DNA of 64,000 bases from Octopus sinensis (Eukaryota). Positions 53,187 through 64,000 of this stretch are shown in pieces. Within the stretch, counting starts at the first letter, position 1. Every line of letters begins with the position of its first letter. Location: assembly GCF_006345805.1 (NCBI RefSeq), contig NC_043002.1, positions 72,292,001 through 72,356,000 on the forward strand. The letters are read 5' to 3'. The position numbers and the translations under genes were made by a program. A model generated the notes under the pieces. That model was not told the origin of the DNA and ran no database searches. It was given only the letters and a program-made list of their open reading frames with translations.

Positions 53187-55201
53187 AAATGATGATATTG
53201 TAATATTACCACGTATATAGCCAAGGAAAGGCGCTGACTTAGCTATATTCATGCCAGGAGTTGTGATGCTCCCCGTTAACAATAATCGCACTGGAGCAGG
53301 TAACAGTCTAGCTCTGACCGAATCCAACTCTGCCCCTCTCCGCTACAGCTTATCGCTAAAATCTATGGATGCACAGAAAGAGAGTGAATGGTGGAGAGAG
53401 TAGAATATATGAATTATATACTGCACCCTATAGAAATGTGATCTGCATATCAAAGCGTGTAGGATGGTCCTTAACCAGGCAGAAACATGGTATTATTGTC
53501 CAGATGGAGTTGAAGATACATCTCCTGGTTCGGCCGACTACATATGTAATATAGAGCGGCCGACCACGGGCGTAACACGGACGCATGGCGGGCGTATGAC
53601 GGGCGTATCGCGAGTGTGTTACGGACGTATTGGGGGCGTAACGTGGATTTTGGCCGAATTGTATGATAACTAAATTAGCTTTCGCCTTCCGTAAAACGTA
53701 ACATACCTTTAGCTGTGACCAACCGGCTGACCAATGTCCTGTGAGTGAATTTAGTAGACTGAAACTGAAAGAATCTCAGTCATACACACACGCACACACA
53801 CACACACACATAGACACGCACTCACGCAGAAAGAGAGAAAGAGAGAGAGAGAGAGAGAGGGAACGACACACAGGCAGACAGATACACGCATACATATATG
53901 TGAGTATATCTCTGTGTTTGTCCACCCCATCACTTCATAACCGGTTCAACTGAACCCTACAAACCGGTGCTCCAGCATGGCAGCCGTCCAATAACTGAAA
54001 CGAAGAAAGAAGTAAAAAGTGCTGAAATATAAAATAAGAGCAGTTCTTGTTATTTTCCATATGTTTCCTATCCTTTAAAAATCTGGAATCTAGGGAAAAG
54101 CGGTTGAGCATCGAGTTGATAAAATAAATTACCTTACGTTATTTCGTTTCGTATCGCGGGGCGGGGTTTGGCTGAACTCATCATCTCAGGTTTGTGAAAA
54201 CAATGGAAGGTAAACCTATCTGTTTATCATGCAATCTTATCTCGCCGTGAAAAATAAAACAAAGGATTGATTACACTAGATGTGTTAATCTCTCCGAGCG
54301 TAGTAAAGGTAAATCACGCTGAAGATTCTACTGCTTTTTCTAGCATAACGGGTTGATCGACCGCATAGAGTCTACCGTTGGTTTGCTTTGCTGCAATTTC
54401 ATAGGTTAATATCTAACTCAGTTTTAACAAGAACGATACCGCAAATAGATGTATATTCCAGACTTTCTTGCTAAATAAATCAATAAATGGTGCAGGTTTA
54501 GTCATAAAAGAACCGGAAACTAGACTCAAATCCAATCGGGGGGTACGGTGTTCTACAGTGGCAGTGGTACGGTGTTCGTGGGTTGGCAGTCTGCATGTTA
54601 ATAAATAAATAAATACATAAATAAATAAATACATAAATAAATACATAAATAAATAATTTAATCTAATGTTTTAAGTTCAAAGTTTATCAATATATTTTCA
54701 TTTGTTGAAAGAAATTTTCAACATGCTTGCTTTCATTATTATTTATCATTTATTCTATACCATAACACGCATACACACACACACATACTTATAAAGACAG
54801 ATACATACTACGCTTATACATATATAAGATAGATGTATGTATATATACAGACACATACACAAGAAAAACGTTTTACTGTATTTCCCAGCTTACTCATATG
54901 ACAGCTAACTGCCATTGAACACTTCATCCTCACATTTACATTTTCCTCGTATCGCTGATGTTTTTCTCTCTTTCCCCCCTCTCTCTTTGCCTTTCTTGCT
55001 GTTAATCTTATTCTCTCTCTCTCTTGCTTTTCTCGCTCTCGCTCTCGCTTTTCTCTCTCTCTCTCGCTTTCTCTCTCATACTCTAGTTCTCGTTCTCTTT
55101 TCTCCGTTCTCTCTCCATCCCTCACTCCGTGCCTTTTCTTTCTCGCGTTAGTTTCTCATTCGTTTTTCCTTTCTCCCCCTCCCTCTTCCACTAGTCTTAG
55201 C

Positions 55202-55251
<50 letters not shown>

Positions 55252-55728
55252 TACACACTCACACATTTCACTTTCATATTCGATTCTTTCTTTCTCTATC
55301 TCTACCTATATTTTTTCTCTCACTCTCTCACTCTCTCCCTCTTTCTTTTCTCCCCCTCTCTCCTTATGCCCGCCTCTCTGTTTTTCTTTATGGAGACAAA
55401 AGAAAAAAAGAACAAACAACAAACATCTAAAAAAAAAGCAATAACAAAAACGAGCTTTCTTTGTTAGTTTTTGTTTGTAAACAAAACAAATAACAGGTGT
55501 CGCTGATGTGGCAATCACAGTGTTATGAGAGAAGACAAGACTTCTGTATGCATGAAACATATACATAAATATATATAAGCCAAGCTACTCAGTTTGAAAC
55601 AGACACTAATACAGAAAGTTAGATATATTTCTTACTTAAGTTTCCTGGACAAGACAAACGGGAAGAGCGTTATTATGAAGACGAGTAGAATCTGAAAGTC
55701 TAAACAAATTAGTCTTTTTTTTCTTAAA

Positions 55729-56075
55729 TCTCTCTATATATGGCAGGTTTGGTAGCCTTCAACTAACACTATCTCCTCCGAGACCCTGCGGCGCAAGTTG
55801 ACCAAAATTGAGAGTATGATAGAAGAAGGCTTGCTCTTCCTTCCGTAGAAGAAAAAATTCAAATAGGACCATGTTAACACCAAAAATTATTTACATCAAA
55901 AAGGTGGGGGGTTTTTCTATGAAAATCCCTATTTTTTTACGGTTTTTTGACTGCTGTGTCGCCATTTTCGGTGTATTTCAACCAGGAAAATGTTCACTTA
56001 AAGTGAATAACAAGCTACATAATGCAAAATGTTTACTTTTCAAAAATTCCAATTCTAAAGGGTCGAAACAAACCC

Positions 56076-56077
<2 letters not shown>
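55729..56077 (+). mobile_element. Non-autonomous Helitron-like element (copy 2)
   Basis: Highly similar to 20839-21216. Confidence 0.6.
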
Positions 56078-56116
<39 letters not shown>

Positions 56117-56146
56117 TAATAATAATAATAATAATAATAACAATAA

Positions 56147-56205
<59 letters not shown>

Positions 56206-56208
56206 TAA

Positions 56209-56264
<56 letters not shown>

Positions 56265-56419
56265 TAAATTCTTTTACTTGCCACAAAGCTATCAGATGAA
56301 GAATGACCTTACATAAACAGTTTACATCAATTTGTGTGGGAATTTAACATATAAAGATGATGAAAAGAAACAGAGAGGAAAAGGGGATCAGATTAATAGT
56401 ATAGAGAGTATACAAAATA

Positions 56420-57185
56420 TGTTAATGGCTATGACTGTGTGGTAGGAAGTTTGTTTCCCAAGCTCATGGTTCTGAGCTCATTCCCACTACGTTGCCCCTT
56501 GGACAAGTGTCTTCTACTATAGTCTCGGGATTTGGTTGATGGAAACTGAAAGAAGCTCGTCGTATTGGAAACGGAAGGAAGCCCGTCGTATTTACAATAT
56601 AGAATTGTGATGAACCATAACCTTGGACTCTGGCATAAGAATACTTCGAGTTTTTTTTTTTTACTAATCCAGATAATATCCATTTCTACAGTAGGCACAA
56701 GGCCTGAAATTTGGTGGGAGGGGGGGCAGTCGATTAGATCGACTCCAGTACACAACTGGTACTTATTTTATCGACCCTGAAAGGATGAATGGCAATGTCG
56801 ACCTCGGCGGAATTTGAACGTAAGACAGGCAAAATAACGCTAAGCATTTCACCCGGAGTGCTAACGATTCTGCCAGCTCGCCGCCTTGAGAGTTTATGAA
56901 GTATTTTACCCTGATTGCTAATCTCTCACTATTAGCTATATATGTGTGTGGGGGGGCATGTCTTTGTGTCTGTGTTTGCATACCACCACCACCACCACCA
57001 CCATCACTTGACAACCGGTGTCGGTGTGTTTATATCCATCTTACATAGTGGTTCGGCAATATAAACCGATAGAATAAGTACCAAGCATAAAAAATAAATT
57101 CTGAAGTCGACTAAAATTCTTCAAGGCGGTGTTCCAGCATGGCCGCAGTTAAATGACTGAACCAAGTAAAAGATAAACAAAGAAA
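56420..57185 (+). mobile_element. S2 SINE interrupted by an antisense S1 SINE (56680-56887)
   Basis: S2 head at 56420-56575 and tail at 57000-57185 flank a reverse S1 copy. Confidence 0.7.
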
Positions 57186-57400
57186 AAGATTAAAGATACA
57201 TGGATGATGCAGTCCTCCCGGTTCAGTAGAGCCTCAAACTAAGGCCAATCAAGGAACCCCGCAGATACAGGATCGCTCTGACCAGCGAGAACACAAGCCT
57301 TCGCCCAGCTGTTGTCCTCCAGTCTACAAAGCCATGCTTTGAGAAGTTCCATTCACCCTAACCATTTTTTCCTATAGTCACCCACCTTTTCATAAATCTG

Positions 57401-57435
<35 letters not shown>

Positions 57436-57865
57436 CTTCCTTCTTCATCCTAACTTTCCTTTCCAAGTGGAACTCAAAAAGTTTGATGAGGGCTTAACTG
57501 AGCAGGAAGTGTATGTCCTCAACCCTTTCAGTTTCGTCTACCACGCAACCTCTTTCCTAATAAACAGAGAAATACCACCAGCTCCGCAGAGTTTAAAGGC
57601 AGGTGGTGGTGGTGGTGGTGGGACCATCCTCAAAATCAGAAGCGTTTCACCATCCCATTTTCCTTTTATTTTTCTCATACAGGTTTTCTAAAACGACGTC
57701 ATCCGTTGTTTACTTCTTTTTTTATCATTTAAAATAAAAACAATTGGAATGAGATCTTGACTGTTATTTCTAGCTAGTCATAAAGCAGCTCTATAAACAA
57801 GCGGTTCACCTAGTTGGTAATTTCGAAGTTTTAGAATCATTTTAGAAGGTGTGGTCATTAACTAC

Positions 57866-58110
57866 CTGCTGGTTAGGCTTGTTAGTATGTCTAACGTCTC
57901 TAATCGGTTCTTTGATATCATTAGTAATGTTCGCTGCATTGCAAGTATTCAGACGAATCGCCCTTGGTTTTATTTGCAGTCATTGGTTCACGGATGTTCG
58001 AGCTAGCCATCGGCATCATCAATCTCATCAGTTTAGAATGTGAGGCCGGTTGTCCAGTGCAATCCTTTTTCAATATAATCCAAATCCAGCGCAAGACAAG
58101 ACTTGAGTTT
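57866..58110 (-). other. Candidate exon (coding status unclear)
   Basis: Long T-rich acceptor ending TTTTTTTTAG and donor CAG|GTAGTT. Confidence 0.25.
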
Positions 58111-58789
58111 CTAAAAAAAACAAAACAAAAAAAAAACAAAGCAAAACCTTGAATAGATTGTCGGACCTTTTGTATCGGCTGTCAGGATATCACCCTCGGC
58201 TATGACAATGAAATACCGCCATTTCTTTGGCTTCCTTGCTGGTGAGGGTACACGGAATTTGTAGCAAAGGTGGCATCAGTTGCGATTCTCTAGTCACCCG
58301 TGTGGTTGTGTCCTCTGCAGTAAATTGATATCTAGGAGGTGAGGAATTAGTGACCTTTGAAATGGAAAAACGAACGTGAAATTTATCGCCCCCAAAAAGA
58401 TTAAAAGCATGGTTGATCTCGGCGATATTTAGATTAAAATCCCTGAAGGTCGCAGCTAAATATCGCAAGACATTTTGCCCAACAATTCTGGCAATCCAAA
58501 GGTCTTCGGTGTTCCCCTTTCCCCTGATTAACTGATGGAAACAAGGAACATTGTTATTGTTGAAATGCAAAGTAATGTCGCGTGCTACGTTCCACCATGA
58601 TATCGAAGTAATTATTAAATATGGAATCTAACTTTTTTCGGAAAGCGCAGGTGTAGCTGTGTGGTAAGAAGTTTGCTTCCCAACCATATGGTACCGGCTT
58701 CCGTCCCACTGCGTGGCACCTTGGGCAAGTGTCTTCGTGTTTTGCAAGATTCCTGATATGAAATCGTATGTTGAAACAGATATTTTTTT

Positions 58790-59182
58790 CTACTCTAGGC
58801 ACAAGGCACAACATTTTGGAGGAGGAAGGCTAGTCGGTTAGATCGACCCCAGTACGCAACTGGTACTTAATTTCTCAACCCCGAAAGGATGAAAAGCAAA
58901 GTCAACCTCGGCGGAATTTGAACTCAGAACGTAAAGACAGACGTAATACCTATTTCTTTATTACCCACAAGGGGCTTAACACAGAGGGGACAAACAAGGA
59001 CAGACATAGGTATTAAGTCGATTACATCGACCCCAGTGCGTAACTGGTACTTAATTTATCGACCCCGAAAGGATGAAAGGCAAAGTCGACCTCGGCGGAA
59101 TTTGAACTCACAACGTAACGCAGACGAATACCGCTAAGCATTTCGCCCGGCGTGCTAACGTTTCTGCCAGCTCGCCGCCTTC
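58790..59182 (-). mobile_element. S1 SINE dimer
   Basis: Two bodies plus complete head ending CAGCTCGCCGCCTT. Confidence 0.85.
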
Positions 59183-59270
59183 TGTTAAAACAGATATTGT
59201 TATATTTCGGGATGGTTAATTACTTTTTTTTTTGCCTGATAAACACACGTCCTCGCTCTTCACTTCAACT

Positions 59271-59445
59271 GTCCTTTGGGAATCTCTTGTCATACGTCCT
59301 GTCACCTCTTCAGCGACTGTCCATCCCACGTGTCTCCTCTTGTCCTATTTAGAGAATGGACTAAACAGGATAGGAGGAGACACGTGGGATGGAGAGTCGT
59401 TAAGAGGTCACAGGATGTAACGACAAAAGATTTTAAGCAAAGGGC
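59271..59445. repeat. Long palindrome / fold-back element with 8-nt loop
   Basis: Arms 59271-59352 and 59361-59445; inner 33 bp differ at 3 positions. Confidence 0.85.
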
Positions 59446-59479
59446 ACAAATAATAACAACAACAACAAATAATAATAGC

Positions 59480-59530
<51 letters not shown>

Positions 59531-59630
59531 TAATAATAATAAATAATAATAATAATATAATAATAATAATAAAACCGAAGTGAAGAAACAGTCTCTAAAT
59601 ACGTGTTTATTTGGCAAAAATATATAACAA

Positions 59631-59691
<61 letters not shown>

Positions 59692-59758
59692 TTATATATG
59701 GAAAAAATATTATTTCTAAATCTCTCAATGAAAGACATTCAGTAACAGTACTCTAAAG

Positions 59759-62615
59759 CAGGGGTCTCCAAAGTACGGCCCGCGGGCCGGATTCGGCCCG
59801 CCAAGGTTTTTAATCCGGCCCGCCGAGCTGTCCTCCAAAATTATAAAACAAATGTCGAAAAACAAGCCTTGCCGAAATCATACAAAAACAAATATACTTT
59901 ACACCCCTTTTAATACGTTTGACAAATATAGTACAGCAAATAGACGCAAGACGACGCTAATTGATTTGCCATCAATTAATGTCTTTAAATTGCGCCGGCG
60001 AATTAAAAATTTATACACTAAACTTTAGTGTAAATATAGGTTCTTTTCCACTCCCCCCGTTTTAACTGACCCATCAGAACCACCATAAAATGAATTAACT
60101 TCGCTATGGAGCTACCTATCATTCATCTTAGATAATAGGCGATTGTCAGTGAGATGGATGGTGCTGCTTACAATGAAGCAGAGATTCAATTTCTAGCTTT
60201 ATTGATGTCGCAGAAAAGTCAACCTATTCCGTCAACTGTCGAGAGAGCAGATACGACAAGTATGACGTTAATAAAAGTCCCGTGCCTAGTATAATAAAAG
60301 AAGACAAATATCGATTTATCGATGTTACCTACATCTCACGAGCGATGAATAGAGAGGGTTGAGCCTGACGTTGTGTGGTGGTTTCTAATCCTGGTGCAGT
60401 CGCCAATCAGCGTGGAGTAAAGTTCGATGCGCATTCCGTCAGTCAGCACAGACTTGGCGTTTTCGTTGTGCACAAGTGTGAGTCATTTGTCGTCGTCGCT
60501 GCCGAAGTGAATGCACGTATCGAGTGACCTGTGAATATTGTTTTTACTTGTTTCGTCCTTTTACATATATCGTCGAGCAAAATCTGTCGACCCATGGTAA
60601 AAATGTTAGCTCAAGGAAGAAAACGAAAAATCGACTCTGAGTGTAGAGTTTTTAAGGAACAATGGAACATAGACTATTTTGTCATAGAGTCAAACAACAA
60701 GGCACTATGCGTTATATGCACCGACACAATTGCAGTACTTAAAGAGTACAACATTCGGAGACATTATGAAAAAAAGCATTCATCACAGTACTACCAATTC
60801 ATTGGACAGCTACGTAAAGAGAAATTTGACGAATTAAAGAAGAATTTATCATCAATGCAGTTTGTTTTCAAGAAGAAGGCTGTAGAAAAAGAGAGAGCAA
60901 CAAGAGCAAGCTTCCATGTTGCTAACCTTTTGGCGAAGAAAGGTAAGCCATTTACAGATGGTGAACTTATTAAAAAGTGTTTGAATGAGGTAGCTAAGGA
61001 AATGTGTCCAGAAAACGTAGATTTATTTTCCGCAATTAGTCTTTCTGCGAACACTGTTGCTCGTAGGGTTGAACATATTGAAAGAAATATTAAATCACAG
61101 CTAAAAGACAAAGCCAGCAAGTTTGTATGCTTTTCTGTTGCACTTGATGAGTCAATTGATGTATCAGACACATCCCAATTGTTATTGTTCATCAGAGGAA
61201 TAAATGCCAATTTTGAGATTACTGAGGAACTTGTATCTGTGCACAGCATGCATGGAACAACAACAGGCATAGATATTTTTAGAGAAGTGGAAAAGTCAGT
61301 GGCTGAGTATAATTTGGAATGGAAAAAACTAAAATGCATAACAACAGATGGTGGCAGAAATATGTGTGGAACCAAAAAGGGCTTAGTTGGGCAAATTAAC
61401 AAAGTAATTGAGAATTCCGGTGGATTGAAACCTTTGGTATTGCATTGTATTCTTCATCAGCAAGCACTGTGTGGAAAGCATCTTGATTTATCATCTGTAT
61501 TAGATCCTGTGATTTCCACTGTTAACTACATAAGATCTCATGGACTCAAACATCGCCAATTTCGTGATTTCTTGGAGGAAATGAATGCTGAGTTTCCAGA
61601 CCTACCTTACTATACTTCAGTAAGATGGCTTAGCTATGGAAAAATTCTGGCTAGAGTTTTTGAGCTTCGAACTGAAATTGAAATATTTTTAAATGAGAAA
61701 AACCATTCACAGGTGTTGCTCAAAGACAGTGAATGGCTCTGGAAATTAGCATTTTCAGCCGATTTAACTATGCATCTCAATGATTTCAACCTACGGATAC
61801 AAGGTGAAACTTCACTCATCTGTGATTTGTACTCAAAGGTGAAAGCTTTTCGTAAGAAATTAATACTATTTGAAAGTCAGTTAACAAGAAGCTGCTTTAC
61901 TCATTTTTCACGATGTGACAAATATAGACAGGAAGCTGCCACTCCATTTCCAAACTTGTTTGCTCAAGATGTCATTTTAGCTTTGAAACAACAGTTTGAA
62001 GAACGTTTTTCTGATCTTGATGCATGTTCTTCAAAACTAAGAATTTTTGAAAATCCATTTAACTCTGTTATTGGAGACTTACCTTCTGAGTTACAAATGG
62101 AAGTTATTGATTTGCAATCCAATGACATCCTAAAGGACAAATATAAAGAGGGAAATTTGATTGAATTCTACAAATGCCTTCCATCCGACCAATTTCTTCA
62201 TTTAAGGAGGTTTGCCTGTGAATTCATTTCAGTTTTTGGCACCACATATTTGTGTGAGAAGACTTTTTCAAAGATGAAATACACAAAATCCTGCTACAGA
62301 TCACAATTGTCTGATGAACATTTAAATGCATTGCTTGTTATTGGAACCACTCATTTTGAACCTCAGTTGGACAAAATTTTTTCAGAAATGAAACAATTTC
62401 ATGTTTCCCCTATTGATCAAAGTTAAAAAAAACATGTTAATTGTTACTGATATTATATACATTGTGATTATGTACTGAATAAATAACCTTTTTTAATTAT
62501 TAATTCACTATTTATTTATATTATTTTGGTAAAATAAATAATTTAGAACCTTGGCCCCCGTAGCTTTAAAAATTCAGCAATGTGGCCCTCCGCTGGAAAA
62601 CTTTGGAGACCCCTG
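59759..62615 (+). mobile_element. Full-length hAT DNA transposon (SPIN/OC1/Charlie-like)
   Basis: Perfect 16-bp TIRs CAGGGGTCTCCAAAGT (59759-59774) / ACTTTGGAGACCCCTG (62600-62615); identical 8-bp TSD CTCTAAAG at 59751-59758 and 62616-62623; subterminal GGCCC motifs; one uninterrupted transposase ORF inside. Confidence 0.97.
60594..62426 (+). CDS. hAT transposase (GTF2IRD2/SPIN-like), 610 aa from first ATG
   Basis: N-terminus RKRKIDSECRVFKEQW, BED-type zinc finger (CVIC...HYEKKH), catalytic D (ALDESID), D (TTDGG), CxxH (HCILH), RWLS motif, E (CEKTFS), C-terminal RSQLSDEHL dimerisation motif; no stops or frameshifts. Confidence 0.95.
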   Translation: MVKMLAQGRKRKIDSECRVFKEQWNIDYFVIESNNKALCVICTDTIAVLKEYNIRRHYEKKHSSQYYQFIGQLRKEKFDELKKNLSSMQFVFKKKAVEKERATRASFHVANLLAKKGKPFTDGELIKKCLNEVAKEMCPENVDLFSAISLSANTVARRVEHIERNIKSQLKDKASKFVCFSVALDESIDVSDTSQLLLFIRGINANFEITEELVSVHSMHGTTTGIDIFREVEKSVAEYNLEWKKLKCITTDGGRNMCGTKKGLVGQINKVIENSGGLKPLVLHCILHQQALCGKHLDLSSVLDPVISTVNYIRSHGLKHRQFRDFLEEMNAEFPDLPYYTSVRWLSYGKILARVFELRTEIEIFLNEKNHSQVLLKDSEWLWKLAFSADLTMHLNDFNLRIQGETSLICDLYSKVKAFRKKLILFESQLTRSCFTHFSRCDKYRQEAATPFPNLFAQDVILALKQQFEERFSDLDACSSKLRIFENPFNSVIGDLPSELQMEVIDLQSNDILKDKYKEGNLIEFYKCLPSDQFLHLRRFACEFISVFGTTYLCEKTFSKMKYTKSCYRSQLSDEHLNALLVIGTTHFEPQLDKIFSEMKQFHVSPIDQS

Positions 62616-62713
62616 CTCTAAAGTAAAGATTGTTTGCCAACATAATGTGGCAGTCACGGTTGGGACGAATGTTACTGTTATTTAACCTCAACAAACATCG
62701 TTTCCAGTTACTG

Positions 62714-62942
62714 AATTTCTGCAAGTACTTGATAACACCATGATACCAAATTTTGTCGATTTTCAAAAGAAGTCGCTACTAGTTACGTTTGAAGTATTCT
62801 TTGAACAATGAGATGTCAGTTTACCTGGAAAGAAACAACGCAGTTATTAATAAGAAGAATTAAGATTAATGCATGCAATTCCAGAGCCCTAGTATCACGC
62901 CTTCACAGTCAGCCTATGAACTTTTCTGCCGCCCACCCTCAT
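62714..62942 (-). mobile_element. Mariner 5' end remnant (TIR plus transposase N-terminus)
   Basis: Minus strand encodes KIDKIWYHGVIKYLQK (mariner N-terminus); terminus GTCAGCCTATGAACTTTTC is shared with the mariner 3' end at 46732-46749. Confidence 0.7.
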
Positions 62943-63090
62943 TATTGACTAGCCCCTTCCCTCGTATTCTTAATACACTCCGGCAGATTCGAAGATGAAC
63001 ATGATAATCGCGTTGTGTTTCGTCATAGAACAACTTCTCCTTTACAATGAATGTGTGTTCATAACTCTTCCATTTTATTAGCACGAAGGA

Positions 63091-63138
63091 TTCTGAGACG
63101 ACCAGTGTTTCGACAACGTTGCATCTCATCAGCCAGAA
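63091..63138 (-). ncRNA. Type I hammerhead ribozyme motif, canonical core
   Basis: Minus strand: UUCUGG-CUGAUGA-GAUGCAACGUUGUC-GAAAC-ACUGGUC-GUC-UCAGAA; stem I 6 bp, stem II 4 bp, short stem III, GUC cleavage triplet. Confidence 0.7.
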
Positions 63139-63305
63139 GCGACTTGGACTAATGAATCTAACAGAAATTGGAAGCTCTGGTTTATAACTTCAGCAGACAA
63201 ACTAGTTGCTGATTCGTGCTGTTAATAAATGATGTATTGTCGTTTAGCTCCTGGTCACCCTTGATTAAGTAGATCTCTGACCAGAGAGGTTCTAGTTATG
63301 ATCAC

Positions 63306-63346
<41 letters not shown>

Positions 63347-63362
63347 TATATATATATCTAGA

Positions 63363-63409
<47 letters not shown>

Positions 63410-64000
63410 TTTGGGTGCTATTTCTAGCAGCCCGATTGACGACAGATTTTCTACCATTGACTTGCTTTCATTTTACACTGTTCATGATTAGGCCCAGCTC
63501 AGCCCTGTTCGAGTAGATCTCTGATCAAAGGCGTTTCAACAGTGCCCAGTCCTATCCTTTTGTATAACAGGGATTACTACTTTGATTTATTATAAACGGT
63601 AATACCTTTGTTGAGTGAATTTGGGTCTTTTTTCTAGCAGCTCAAGCAACCGCATTCCCGTCAAAACTCTCTTTTGCTTAGCTTCATTTTAGAGATGTGA
63701 GGTCAATGATAGAATGTATGTTTTAAAGTAAAATGGTCGGAGACGACCAGTTTTCTTTGATATCCAAAGAGCGGAAGCTGTAATACTATACTTTGTTAAA
63801 TGCCGTGTTGATAGAAGAATTACATCTGGAAGAATAGACCAACCATTAAAGAATGCAGAAGTCATCTATAGATCTGCCAAAGAGGAAGGCACAACACAAA
63901 AGGGGAACAGGAAGAAAATAGTCTAGTTTTTCAAAGGATTATACATACATACATACATACATACATACATACATACATACACACACACGCGCGCGCGCAC

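Noticed and set aside
57996-58031. Minus-strand CTGATGAG...CTCGAAC
   Set aside because: GAAC instead of GAAA, only a 2-bp stem II base and no stem I.
60791-61402. 203-aa antisense ORF
   Set aside because: It is the shadow of the transposase ORF on the opposite strand.

Overview
AT-rich, repeat-dense eukaryotic genomic DNA. It is most likely from an octopus-type cephalopod; this is inferred from the SINE families and the very dense microsatellites and is not database-checked. No host protein-coding gene is recognisable. The only intact, recognisable gene is a SPIN/OC1(Charlie)-like hAT transposase inside a complete 2857-bp element (16-bp TIRs, 8-bp TSD) at 59759-62615. The rest is a mosaic of tRNA-derived SINEs (at least 3 families, several as head-to-tail multimers), decayed LINE fragments (Tx1/L1, CR1/L2-like, RTE, three R4/Dong-type RLE elements sitting in TAA repeats), mariner and hAT derivatives, MITEs, Helitron-like pieces, an LTR flanked by both a PPT and tandem tRNA-Ser PBS units, and one 100-N gap. 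The main hidden signal is a set of type-I hammerhead-ribozyme motifs from three unrelated repeat families. One has a fully canonical core, and another lies downstream of a tRNA-like Pol III head (retrozyme/Penelope-like). There are also weaker hints of minus-strand non-coding exons and an Asp-rich open frame.
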